Below are positions 51,401 to 64,000 of a stretch of DNA of 64,000 nucleotides, in pieces (position 1 is the first letter of the stretch; the number at the start of each line of letters is the position of its first letter). The translations under genes were made by a program, and so were the position numbers. The notes under the pieces were generated by a model. The model saw only the letters and a list, made by a program, of their open reading frames with translations. It was not told the DNA's origin and made no database searches. Source of the DNA: Bugula neritina (lineage: Eukaryota; Animalia; Bryozoa); the NCBI GenBank assembly GCA_964035545.1, contig OZ037768.1, positions 9,084,741-9,148,740 of the forward strand, written 5' to 3'.

Positions 51401-54400
51401 TTCTTGAACTGTACTGCCTCAAGGTCAACCAAAGTGTGACAGCAGTATTTCTTTTCTAGTTATTGATTGAGAAGTTGACAGTCTGGTAAACTATTATACA
51501 CATGTCTCTGCTATACAAATAATCAGTTGGTAACTAGGCACACAGTGCAGTATTGTCCAAACCCATAGAGATTTCAAGATGAAGTAAAATCAGACATATA
51601 ATTTTTCAATCAAAATATCATCAGTAGGCTGATTGTAGAGTTTTAGGTTTAAGACAGGTAAATGAAAAAGTCTCTAGGCTGTAAAAACTCAGTCTAGTCT
51701 AATAAAATGTCATTAAAATACATCGACTTTTACAAATATTGTGAAGTCTTACACCGGTACACCTCAGTCAACTTGTAGTCTGTAGTAAATACTATTTCCT
51801 ACTCACTGCAACTAGACTACGTGTCAAGGTCAAATTATCAACATATGCTCATAGGTCACTTATTTATACATATTAAGTAGGAGGCTCATTGTGCTTATTT
51901 ATTAATCACAGTTACTTTATATTAACAGAGAGTGCATGATTCTTCTCATGTTTGAGAGTTTATCATTCTCCAAAGCAACATAAATATTACCAGTATAGTG
52001 CAGTATTGGAGAAATTTTTATAGCCTAAGTTCTTTAACTTTTTAATGAACATGGGTTAAGAGAACACAACTTCTTTTACCATATTTCTAATCTAGAACAC
52101 AGGCTATTCTCAATTTCTCCATTACTACTTCAAACATCATGATTTGACAGTTCATATTTTAAACTAGTTTTGTAACAATTGTAACAAGGGATGGCAAATT
52201 TATTTTTTAATGTTAACCATAACTATTAAAATTTATTCTAATGTTAAATAATAGTTTTAAAGTGTGAAAGAGTCCTTACTTCTGGTGAGTTGGTAGTTGT
52301 TCTCACTGTTACATCAAAGCCATTAGTCGCAGCAATAGTCTCCATCTTAGCAGATTTTGCTGGCGAATGCTAAATAACAAAAAATTATAGTTGGTAAACT
52401 TTTTAAAAGTAAAATTTCAATCTAATATAATGAGGTAAAAGATTTCATAGTAAAGTGCTCCTTCCGTATCTCACTAAGCTGCAATCCCGAAACCTCAATT
52501 CGTGACGTAGTAGAATACCAGATTTAGCTCATGGATTCGGTAAATTCAATCATTTTGTCCCTATGCACACATACATAGGCAAAAAAACGGAGGTCCAAGC
52601 CCTTCTCATGACCTATAGAATTTTGTGAGAACTAAAACAGTGAGATATGGAGGAAGCACTGTAATAAAAGTATGTTTGCAGCTGGTAATGCAGGTATTTG
52701 GTACTTGGTAAATCTAACTTACGTTGTTGGCTGCTGCGTCACCCTCAACAGATTCAACTGCTGTCAGTGAACTCCGATTGCTGTTAGAAGAGCCAATGGC
52801 ACTGTGAACTCTGGAGCCACCATTAGGTTGACCAGCGCCATCATCTGCAATCAAACATTTGCTTATTACATAATAATGTACCTGCAGATACTATACATAA
52901 GGAGAGAGAGCTTTTTCCTCTTCAAGTTGGACTGTACACTGTATGGATATCAATTATGTTACTAAACTATATAGGCAAAGATATAGACATGAGGATTTGA
53001 TGGAGTTTAGTGCTGGGAACTAGTGAGCCATATGATCTACATTTTGACCAAGGAAAGACTACATTCTGATGTAAACATGCCTTTGTGAGTCAGTGCAAGA
53101 AACTACTTGTATGCATGATGAGATGCCTGCAGGTTGTCATTTCATGAGGAGCCAAGATGTACTGAAATCCTATACAGGTGAAGCAAGTGAGGTAGGTGCG
53201 ATATATGAGGTAAGTGAGGCAGATGAGGTAGGAGAGGCAGGTGAGATAAGTGAGACAGGTGAGATCGGTGAGGTAGGTGAGATATACGAGGTAAATGAGG
53301 CAGGTGAGATAGGTGAAGCAGGTGAGACAGATGAGGTAGGTGAGGCAGATGAGATAGGTGAGATAGATGAGATAAGTGAGATAGGTGAGATAGGTGAGGT
53401 AGGTGAGGTAGATGAGGTAGGTGAGGCAGGTGAGATAGGTGAGGTAGGTGAGGCAGGTGAGATAGGTGAGGTAGGTGAGACAGATGAGGTAGGTGAAGCA
53501 GGTGAGGTAGGTACTAGATGCAGACGAGATGTACTAAAGGAGGCTAGTCTACCATCAATGAATCCTCAATGACTCATCATATTGAAAAGATGGATCATGA
53601 ACATCCCTTCGGTCAACTACTCTAACCACAGTTATGCAAGTAGGGAACCCATCAATGTAGGTCAAGAGAAACTCAATGAACCTTGAGATAAACATGATAT
53701 CAGATGATAAGATGTATAATAACCAGAGCTGTGTGGAGGGTTTGAATGAACTAAAAAATGAATGAATAATCGTCCTATAAACAGACTGATACAATCATAA
53801 TACAGATGAGTGTTTGTCTCGTTTGAATCATCTAAATTACTAGTACAATGCATTTGCTTTGCCATATGTACACCTCTAGCAAATATAATATCCTATTTCT
53901 ACTTGTCATTTGCTTTGTTCTGTTTAGTCTAATGCAAGAACATTGCTTACAGTTGAAAAGATCAGCATTGTCAACAAGGCCAACTGTACTGCGGCTAGTC
54001 AAGGTGCACAAGCCATGTGGTAGTACGTTGGTAGTAAACTATTATACTTTTTATGTGAGCGAGCAGATTATTTTTAGCCATTTTTACTTTGTTATCTTTT
54101 CAGTTTAAGGCTATGATAGTTGCATGGATATGCCAGTTTGACATGAAAGCCTTTTTGCACATATTGTGTTGTAATGCAGTAGGTATAGTTAGAATAACAG
54201 CAGCAGCAGCAGCAGCAGCAGCAGCTAGTGTGTGTACTTATTTGGATCAAAGTTAGATTCACAATTAAAATATGCATTATGATGCAGAAAGGTTTTGCAA
54301 TACTTGCCATAAGGTTAAGATATACGTAATAATATGCTATTGAAAATCAATTCCTCTGTATCAAACACTAACTGCCAATATCTTAGCAGAAAATAATTAA

Positions 54401-57400
54401 TACACTCATAAGCTCTCTCTCTTATATATATCTTCGTTCATTAGCCATAATAATTCATAGAAAGAATAGTAATAATCCATTAATCAATATTCAGGTAATT
54501 ATTTTAAAACATTCTATAATGTAGAGGCTATAGTCAACAGTTCAGTGAATCTCTTAACAAGGTCAAACGAAGGGCAACTCCATTAATCTCACAAATTGAA
54601 ACCTGAGAATAAAGTAAACATTTTATACCTGGCTTATTGCCATTTTGATCTACAGGAGTTGTGTTGGTTTCTATAGACTCTTTCTTCTGAGTTGCCAAAG
54701 TTCTCAACCTAGTTGCTTGATCTTCAATGTTACCTAAAATACAATTTTAAACATAACTTTTCTCACAAAAAACATTTGAACGCAATCTTCATGACTGATG
54801 GTCAAACCTATGAAAAACTAGATATTTTAATTATAATTTTTTAAAAATAGTTGTGCATGTGTCCAAAATTTTCAACAACATAATAGTTATATCATCATGC
54901 AATATCACTAATATGTATAATAACTACATGTAATTAAAATAATAGATCTAGCCTATGAGTAATGAATAAATGAGTCTGAGATGTATTAGTACAGGTGTAC
55001 TAAATAATTTGATAGACCTACTATAAAAAATATGGCAAATAAAAATGTGCTAAAGAGAGTTAGAGAGAAAGCAAACCTGTGGCCAAAGGGTCAATGGTGT
55101 GGATCATCAGTTGCAGCAGACCAGCTCTGAATCTCATCGAACTAGCAGGCCTCGACTTCGACTGCAATTTGAAACAAAATTATAAAGTTTGAGGTTTTTA
55201 GCACACATCATGGATCACATCTATAGAGGATATAGTTTGAATACTGTTAGTAGAGCGGTTTTCAGCAGTAGCAATTAGTTTATAGTAAAAATAAGTCAGC
55301 ATTTCAGCACATTTTAAATATACTATCATATTCATTATTCACTGACAGAAAGTAACAACTTGAAATTTCTATTACTGCAGTTATGCTACAAATACATTTC
55401 TTCTGTTATATGTTGTTTGCTGTACAAAGACTAGAACACTTGTATTTTCTAATGTCAAATAGTAATTAAGCTGCAGTGCATTTTATTAATTAATTTTGAG
55501 CGGAACTAATAACAAAACTGTGACCTAGAAAGTGAAGTATTTGAACAAAGGTCTGCTAATTGTGTATTACTGTGTTTGTTAGAGTTTTGATGACTCCACT
55601 AGTATAATTGCATGAGGAAAACACAGACTGATAACTGAAATGGCAACTCCTTTTGTATTAAGTCGGTGATGAACAAGTAGCCCCCAGGGACTTGTTTATG
55701 CAGTGCTGTATAAATAAAGTGTGATTTAATTGCTTAAAATCTCTACATAGTGTAGAAGCTGTGGTAGTGATAAATAAAATATTAACAGCGAAGTCAGCAT
55801 GAGAAAGAAGTTGAAGTAGAATTAAGCTGTATTCTCCCCAAGACATTTACCTATTAAGTTCAAACGGTATAACATTTGCAAGCAATATTGTGAACTTTCC
55901 TAATTATAGAATTCCGCCAGCTGACTACAACTGAGCATCCGAAAGCGCCCTTATTTGATCTTTGCTGCCGAGGGAAGTGAAGCTGCACTATATCCTCATA
56001 TCAAAGAGCAACCTTTGTTTTTAGTAAAAATAAGCTCGTTATCAGGTTTAATTTTTAGTTTACACAGACAAATAGACAAAGAACTACTACATAGTACTTT
56101 CATCCTAATCGTGAGGAAGTGATGTGGGAGCAGAAATAGCGCTGCGTTTAAAACAAATCTATATGATATGAGAATCAGTATGAAGCATCTACATTCTAAA
56201 CAGTGATATTATAATAAATGCATGTTATAAAGTAACTTGGTGTTACACATAAATATCTGAGTAGGGAAACTATCAACCACCACCACCAAAGGATAGGTAA
56301 AAGGCTATAGAAGCAATGCTGGTAGCGCCATAACCCACAAGCCAATGTTTTTAGCTTTATTTTAAAACTGGTATTACATACCCTAACCTATAGTAGTTAG
56401 TTTAGTCATGGAATCTAATTGTATAACCAGACAATTCTAGTAAGTAGTTAGTTATTTTAGTCACCCACACCACACATTGCCAAAAGTGTGAAAAAAGTGT
56501 TCAACGTATATGAAAATTAGGCTGACAGAAAATGCAGCTTACACTGGATTCAAGAAAGTTTACTGACCAGTTGGCATAATTTGACTGATTTTCCAAACAG
56601 AATATTAGCTTGATAATTATTGAATATCAGAAGTTCGTATTTAAATTAAAAGTATTTTCTATTATTTATTTTGAACACTTTCTTGAATCAGTGTAAATAC
56701 TTGTAAGATCAGATTTACTGAACCCGTAGGTGCGGCATAGTCTACAAAATACAAAATGTACGACAACTCATGATAAGCAATAAAACTACATTTTCAATAC
56801 ATCAATGAGATTAAAATCACATTAAAACAATTTCATTCAAACAGATGAGCGGTGCCCCATAGTGCCATTTCTTTACATATATAATTTTAAGTTACATTCA
56901 TGTAGTTTTGCCAGGGTATTCTTTCTATCTTAATTCAATACATTTAGAACCTCTGCTAAATTAAATAACTAATTGAAAATCACACCAAGTGTGATTTTCA
57001 ATTACAGTTAGTATAAAATATAAAAACATGGAAAGCGAACTGATAATATGGAACGTTAAGCATCTATACACAGTTTGCCACGGTAAATTTTTACACATCA
57101 TAATTTACAATTGACAAGTTAAAAAACTATTTGTGGCATAATTTAAACAAGAAATTTCTAGTTACTAATGCAACTGGAAATATGAAGAGTTTAAATTCAG
57201 TGAAACGTGACTGGGTGTCCTCACCTGATCATACAGAGTAACGTTCAATCTCTCTCCACCATTCTTTACAAACATTAAACTAACATTACTGCTTACAGGA
57301 ACAAGGTCCACGTTGGAGATTCGAGTTGCAGAAGTTCGGCAGATAGCACCCTTCACTTTTTTCTCGATTTTTCCGTTGAAAATCATGAAAATGACATACA

Positions 57401-58118
57401 GTGCATAGCAGACCAACAGAGCAATGGCTTCATAGTAGTAAATCTTCCAATCCAGGTAGCTGATGATGAGCACTACTAAACTAATACTGTAAAATATACT
57501 GTCTCGGAAAAGAGGCCACCATGTGAGGTGAAGCAACTCCCTGGCAGCCAGGGCGCAAGCTCCAATAACAAACAGGATGTTGAAGACTGCTGAGCCAATG
57601 ATAGTACTGATACCAACGCTGTTTTCACTGAGAAATAGGCCTGCCACACTGGTGAACAACTCTGGTGCACTTCCACCAGCCGCCATGAAAGTAGCTCCAG
57701 CAACATCCTCTGTCAAATCCAGCTTCTCCGTGATCACTTCAAGGGCAGGAACAAAAAATTCATCGCATACAATAGCTAAAGCTATGAACATGTAAATCAT
57801 GCCGGCTGTATGCAACACCACCGCTCCCTGCCGCCATTGCTTTAGTGTAAATAAATCTTTAGGGTAATTTCCTATATCTGGCAATGTGGTGGAATCAGTA
57901 ATAGTAGTGGCCGAGCCATTCTTTGAAGTTGATCGTTTAGAGATGTGATGGGATGAAAGGCTGACTTCACCTTCATACAATGCATAATTTACAACTAAAG
58001 AGATACTGCCCAGACATATTGCTATCACTAAGGCTATGACGTAATAAGGTCTGGCTTTCCTTCGGTTATACTGTCTTAATTTATATACTTTCCAATTCTT
58101 TTCTTTTAAGATTGCCAT
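48428..58118 (-). CDS. SLC24A2: K+-dependent Na+/Ca2+ exchanger (SLC24, NCKX1/2-Nckx30C type)
   Basis: Exons 58118-57297, 55161-55077, 54733-54629, 52844-52723, 52369-52280, 50575-50405, 49510-49391, 49265-49129 and 48689-48428. Alpha-1 repeat [36 protein letters not shown] and alpha-2 repeat [13 protein letters not shown]...[16 protein letters not shown]. The exact paralog assignment is uncertain. Confidence 0.9.
52453..52661. mobile_element. Tc1/mariner-type MITE
   Basis: TA|AAGTGCTCCTTCCGTATCTCACT ... AGTGAGATATGGAGGAAGCACTG|TA: about 23-bp imperfect TIRs with a TA TSD. Confidence 0.7.
53176..53512. repeat. 9-bp minisatellite (AGGTGAGRY)n in an SLC24 intron
   Basis: About 37 degenerate units such as AGGTGAGGC, AGGTGAGAT and AGATGAGGT. 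Confidence 0.92.
54198..54224. repeat. (CAG)9 microsatellite
   Basis: Directly visible, intronic. Confidence 0.9.
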
Positions 58119-61100
58119 TGTAAATCAGATATCTACAAAATAAACAAAATTTGTCAACTGTTACAGATCAAATGCCCAATAGCATATGAGAATAAACTAA
58201 ATATGGTTTATATACATATGTATAACCACTAGCTACAATTGATAACTCCATTTTCCTGTATTAAAATAGCAGAGATATAAAAAGAAACAAAAATAAATCA
58301 GAATTATAGGCTAATCTTCACTCCATATAGCTGTATATTAAAAATACACTTGATAGACATTTTTTAGGAGTCACTTAAAAATTGAATAAACACATGATAA
58401 TTTATTAAATTATAAGAACAATAAACAAAAATAGTTACATTAAACGACATAAATAACTAATTATTACGCAAGCAATGCTCACCCACGATTTTTCTACCTA
58501 TTATAGTTTACAACACATACATGCATGTAGCTTATTAAGCAGAGGTTGAGCTCATACTAATTAATCAGAGCAGTCACCAAGAGAGTTGAGAGAGCTGGGT
58601 AGTTGAGTACCTACTGAGTTATACAGCATGTTACACAAGGCTATGTCAATACTCAATACATTTAATATTGATTATGATTGCAGAAATGTGAGCCTACTAC
58701 TATAAATGGACAATTAATATCAACAGTTAGTTTGGAATCTTGACTTTAAAACAATGAATATAATATAGAGCAGATGATATGCAATATAATGAGCGGCTAA
58801 TCACAATATTGCTGGGAAAATCTCTTAAAATGTGGTTTTCTCATCTCAAATATATTCATTTTTTAAATTTGAGTTTCACTTTTTGTGATAACTCTGCTTT
58901 CTAACTTTGCAATGTCTACAGCCACTGAATGAATTACTAGCACGTCCATTGGTATCCAGATATGGTTTAGTATATTGCTAATTATACAGAATATTTTTTC
59001 ATATTTTCTATGCACTTTTTCTATCAAAATAAACCTAAGTCACCAGCAAACACAGCATCTCCTTTTGGCTAAAAATGATCTTTAAATTAGATAATAAATA
59101 GCTTATTTTAGCATAGATAAGCAATGATATTATTAAGGTGATGGGTTGTGTGTGGGATTTAGTTATGTACAGACTACAGTATGTATCTATTGCTTTGTAA
59201 ATACAGTGAAAGCCAACATAATTCAATTATTTAAATTATTCTAACAATTATTGCTTTGGGGATGAGCCTCTCAGTAATTACTTGGCAAAATCAAACACAA
59301 AAGTATTTTGGTATGCAATTAGTTGCATGATGTTGCTGCTATTGCTTTACTTACTGAGTTACTTACGTAATATGCTCTTATAATCCAATTCAATTGTACA
59401 AAACACGTAGCTAGCCCTTATAACCCGATGACACTTTTGTCATTAGCGAGACTTGAGCTAGATTTTATATAATGATATATCCAATAGCTGATGAGGAAGA
59501 CTTATAAGGGCTCAATAGCAAGCAGTACATACCTTTGACCAAAATGAAAGTATACTATTGGTTTTTATTGACCTAAACTAATTATACTGTCCATGACAAG
59601 TATAAAATATCATTGGACAAAACTTGTACAAACGTAGGTTAGAATTATGACTTCTCTAATGGCAACATAGTAGCAGGTGTTGGCCTATAAACTTAGTTGA
59701 AAGTAAACTCAATATAGCCGCAGGTAGTAATTTCTTTAAGTATAATGGCTTTCATTAGCTGCCATTGTGGTCATTCCCATTAGCAGCATGGTTGAATTTA
59801 TATAAGAAAGAATATTAATTGTTTGTCAAAATCAATAATAAAATCAGCTATTTCTAAAAAAAATGGTTGACAAGTTGATATTGATTTTCATTAGTCTGCA
59901 ACAAGACTTTGTATCTCAACTACCTTGCTAATTGAACTTGGTGCTTACGTTTGGAGAAAACATCAGCTTGAGTTTTCATTATCAAGGTAGTTCAAAATAG
60001 CGAACTTCTAGGAAAAATAAAGGACATGGCTAATTATAGTATGCAGTAAAGAGCAAAAATTTCTGTTGCGTCACCAACATGTGAGTTTAAGTAAGTTTTC
60101 AAGTCTAGAATGACTACTACAGATACCTATTCATTTTCACATTTTGATGACAGAATCTGAATGGCGAAATATGTATGAGACCCTAATATAAGCATACAAT
60201 GAGAGTTAAATGCAGATGTCTACCACGGTCTCTTAGCAACAGACAAATCATAACCCTCTCTGTGTCATCATGTTTTCAACTTTTACCTCTGTGTTACGTT
60301 TTTTCATCTTATTTATGACAGTCATCAATCTATTTGAAGCCAAATCAAAGCTTTAAATATAACTAATCATCCCATCTCATGCCAGTTTTGATCAAATTGT
60401 TGAAATGCTGAATCAAGATAAAAGTGTTCACAATACCTTTTGTTTCGAGATGTTACAATATTGATACTTCTACACACAAAACTTTAGCATGGAATAGGTT
60501 AGAAATGTTATTTCCTTAGTTAAACAAGCCAATGAAATGCAATTAAATTTTTTACTAAGAGGAGTTACTGTAAGCTGTCTTAGAGTTCATAATGACAATT
60601 TTACATCATAACAAATCTAGAAAAGGAAGTACCCCATTAACTATTGACATAGTAAATTCAGGGAACTAATCATCACCAAGATAATAAAATTTGGTCACAA
60701 CTGAAAGTTCACATAGAAAACTAACAGCTCATAAAGTTTTGTGTGTATGAGTAGTGCTACACTTCAGCTTACATATCTTACAACAACTGCATTTGTTTTG
60801 GAGAGCAGCTGAATGGAGGTGCCCCCAGATTATAGCTAGCTGTAACCAGATGACTAACTGTAATAGACACTCCCTAAATAGACTATTATCACGTAGTAAA
60901 ATGGTCCCGTCTGCTGTGGTCAGCTGATCTCTTCTTAATTTGTATTCCTAACACTTTAAGTTCCGCTAAATTTTCTTCATAGAATTTATTTTAATAGCTG
61001 ATTTTAAAATTTTAAGAACACAAGTTTATGTAAATAAATTTTCCATTTTCTAAAGCTTTTTATTTATCTACACTCCTTGAATGACCAACGCTGATACAGA

Positions 61101-64000
61101 AACTATATACAATTCAGCCCTCTCTAGTGCAGTACTGCTAACTTGCAAAACAGTAGCACTTTAATGCTTACTAAATCCAGCCTCTCGTGACATTTGAAAC
61201 AAACTCACAGCTTTATAGAGTAGTAGAGTCCAGCAAATTTCTCACGTACACATATGTATAAATAGACAGAGCCCTTGAAAATCCAGACTATAAATACTGC
61301 TAAGCATCATAAATTTCATTGAATGTCCATTTGTAGCATTTATTTGGCACAATCAATTGAAAGCTTACATTTTTTATTATCAAATATATAAAAGACATGT
61401 AAAATGTAGGACAACACTATTTAGTACCAGTGCAGCCCTACTTGCAATGCAGCTGCTCAATAGGCCAAGATGCTTCTACTATCATAGCCAGTCTTAGGCC
61501 CCAAGAAATTTCTCCCTGTAAATATATTTTTTGGAACTAATGGTTTGCTTAAATAAACTAAAGCTTTGCCTACTCTATTCCCAAATGAAATCATTTGTAT
61601 GATATATTAATGATGAAACCAATATAATATCTCTTAGGCATAATCAGAGTAAACATGCTCACTATCACTAGTTAATTATAATAAATACCTCCTCTGAAGT
61701 ATGGGGGGTTTTGCTGACGTATTATATTATATAATAATTAAAGATATGGAGTAACTCATTTATAGCTCAGAATTTGTTCAGTTAAAACCACATGAAACAT
61801 TCTCAGCTACGCTGTATAGCTACAAAACACTTTATATTACACAAACTATACTTGAAGAGTTTTAGATGGAGCTCTCTAAATAGAGTACTGTACTGTATCT
61901 GCGTTAGTACACATCTATAGTATAATATAATGTATATAATATAGAGAGCAAACGAGAATAAATGTTTACTGCATATTCTACTAGCAATACTAAAACCCAG
62001 AGTTCAAGGTCTAGTTGCTATATGGCAGTGAACTCAACTGCTGTATTCCATGAATTATTCACATCTAATTAGCAAAGATAAAAGCAAAGTAAAGTTGCAC
62101 TAGCAAACTCAGCTAAGCTGTACAGTACCAGCTTATTAATGAAAAATCCAACAGAATACTTCCCGAATGATTGCCCTAAAGGTGGTTTAATCCTAAATGC
62201 TAATCAACTCGTAAACTTGCAAGTATATAATATTAAGGGTTTTCAAATTTGAACAGTAGCAAAATACTCCTTTTAGTTTCCTTTTAGCTTGGTGAAAGTT
62301 GCATTGAAAATGTAAATGAAGGAGGTGACTATAATTAGTTACTGATATTTATTTCTGACTGAGACATTCACTTTTGTATTCAGTTCTGCTAATAGTTACA
62401 CGTCCAGGTCAGCAGCACATTGCTGCCTGATCTCTGTGCCTTAACTGCAGCAGTGAAAGTCAGTTATATCTTAGCTAGTATAACTATTACCATTAGTCCT
62501 GTGAATTTGCTATATGAGAAAGTTAGCCATCAATTCAAATATCCAGAATATCCAATAATGGTAGAGCCTATTACTAAATCATTGAGTGTTACAATAAGAC
62601 AGCCGAGATAATACCATTCAAAGCTGCTAATGTAATAAGCATGTAACCAGATCGAGACTGAAGCCCACCCCCTAATGGGACACCCACACCGATACAGTAC
62701 GTAGCAGTAAGCTGTCGTAGTATTACTATTATATCCTGCAGATTATATATCTCAAACATGGCAAAACATGTCTGTAAGTCAGTAACTGAGAAATCCCGAG
62801 ACGAGATTTCAAGGTTACTCACTAATAACTAACTACTGCATCCACTTTATATGCACCCTAGTTTAATTTGTTATTACTACAATGGATTAGTACATAATAA
62901 AAACAGACGTGGCTTATACTCCAGGTTAGTTGGCCAGCTCATCTATTGCTACTTAGCTTTAACCAGGAGTAGATACCAATAGGGAGTGTTATGTAACAAT
63001 AGCAATTGGCTTGAATAACAAATAGACAGTCTGCTGTAAATACTAATAGCAAATATGGTTTGAAAGAAAAATCAAAATTTACTTTTGTCTGATCAAGAAT
63101 AAACTAAAGTAACCCACGGCTACTGCTATCTACTAAATAACTATCTTTCAAACTTAGTACTTACTAAAACTCGAGCTAGAAACTACTAGTCGAACCTGGA
63201 AGATGAACCCATGAGCTGTTAATCCACCAAGCACAAAGATATTTTTCTGCAAACACTTAGACAAGAACTACTAAGAAGTGCGAATAGCGGTAGTCTACTG
63301 TTTATAATATGCATAATTCAACTCACGCGATAATTGCGAACTTATTCATGTAGCCTATATTCGTACTCTGCACTAGTAGCTCAGCAAAGGAGGCGAGCGT
63401 CACTTACAAAATATTAAGTGTAACCTGCTGTATTTGATAACTAACCTAAACAAGCTACGCGCGCTGATTGGCTAGAGCAGCACGTATAGTCTTATACGAT
63501 TACCACTTCGGATAGGGTGCATTTATCGTATTAACCCGACCTTTGTTAGTACAATAGATTGCGCCTAGGTTGTTGAATGCAAAAAGGTCGCTCCACACAT
63601 ACTGCGAATAAATTATTAAGGGTGGAATTCTAAGCTTCTATTACAAAATGTTTAGGCAGAGGTGAAATTCAATTTCACTCAAAACTAAATAGCGCATTGT
63701 AAATTACAAATGTAGATTGATAATTATTAAACTATAAATTATAAATTATATTAATAAAGTTCATTTGCTTCAGATCAATAAAATTCCCAAAGCCTAGATC
63801 TTTAATACAGTATAATAGTTACAAACATGGCAATTATGATATTTTTTCAAAGTAGCCTCTTAGCAGTAAGTTTTGACCACAATAGCTAAACCTGATTAAC
63901 AGTTCGAATAGTCATCGACTAAGTTCTCTAATGATGTGGGTTGTCATGTTTTCATAAAGGAACTATCTTTGCAATCATATTTTTAAGCTCGCAATATTTT

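Noticed and set aside
53176-53535. Minisatellite as an alternative Ser-Pro-rich NCKX exon on the minus strand
   Set aside because: The flanking exons are phase 1. The candidate acceptor gives an immediate stop in that phase, and the SP frame ends in TAG.
63495-63545. Short 18S rRNA-like string GTGCATTTATC and a CUUCGG hairpin
   Set aside because: Only about 11 nt of similarity, with no rRNA context.
1-64000. CRISPR arrays, tRNA or rRNA genes, prokaryotic operons
   Set aside because: None seen. The window is spliced eukaryotic DNA and the tandem repeats lack unique spacers.

Overview
AT-rich, intron-rich animal (invertebrate) genomic DNA. Host genes: a ZFAT-like C2H2 zinc-finger gene (-, runs off the left edge), a chondroitin-sulfate GalNAc transferase (+), a 41-aa cysteine-rich microprotein split over two exons and absent from the ORF track (-), HSD17B7 (+) with a class A GPCR nested antisense in one intron, a Ptf1a-like bHLH gene (-), an LRR protein exon (+) and an SLC24/NCKX exchanger (-). 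Mobile DNA: a 5.26-kb Ty3/Gypsy-type LTR element, a 5'-truncated CR1/L2-group LINE with intact ORF2, a decayed R4/Dong-type element, three MITEs and SINE remnants. The most unusual feature is the LTR element (5607-10869). Its 352-bp LTRs look identical by eye, and it has a 4-bp TSD, a tRNA-Leu PBS and a PPT. It lacks RT, RNase H and most of the integrase core, but keeps gag, a putative -1 frameshift signal, protease and the integrase zinc-binding domain. It also carries an extra zinc-finger/coiled-coil ORF in the env position that can be spliced in frame to the gag start. All family assignments are from motif recognition by eye, not database searches.
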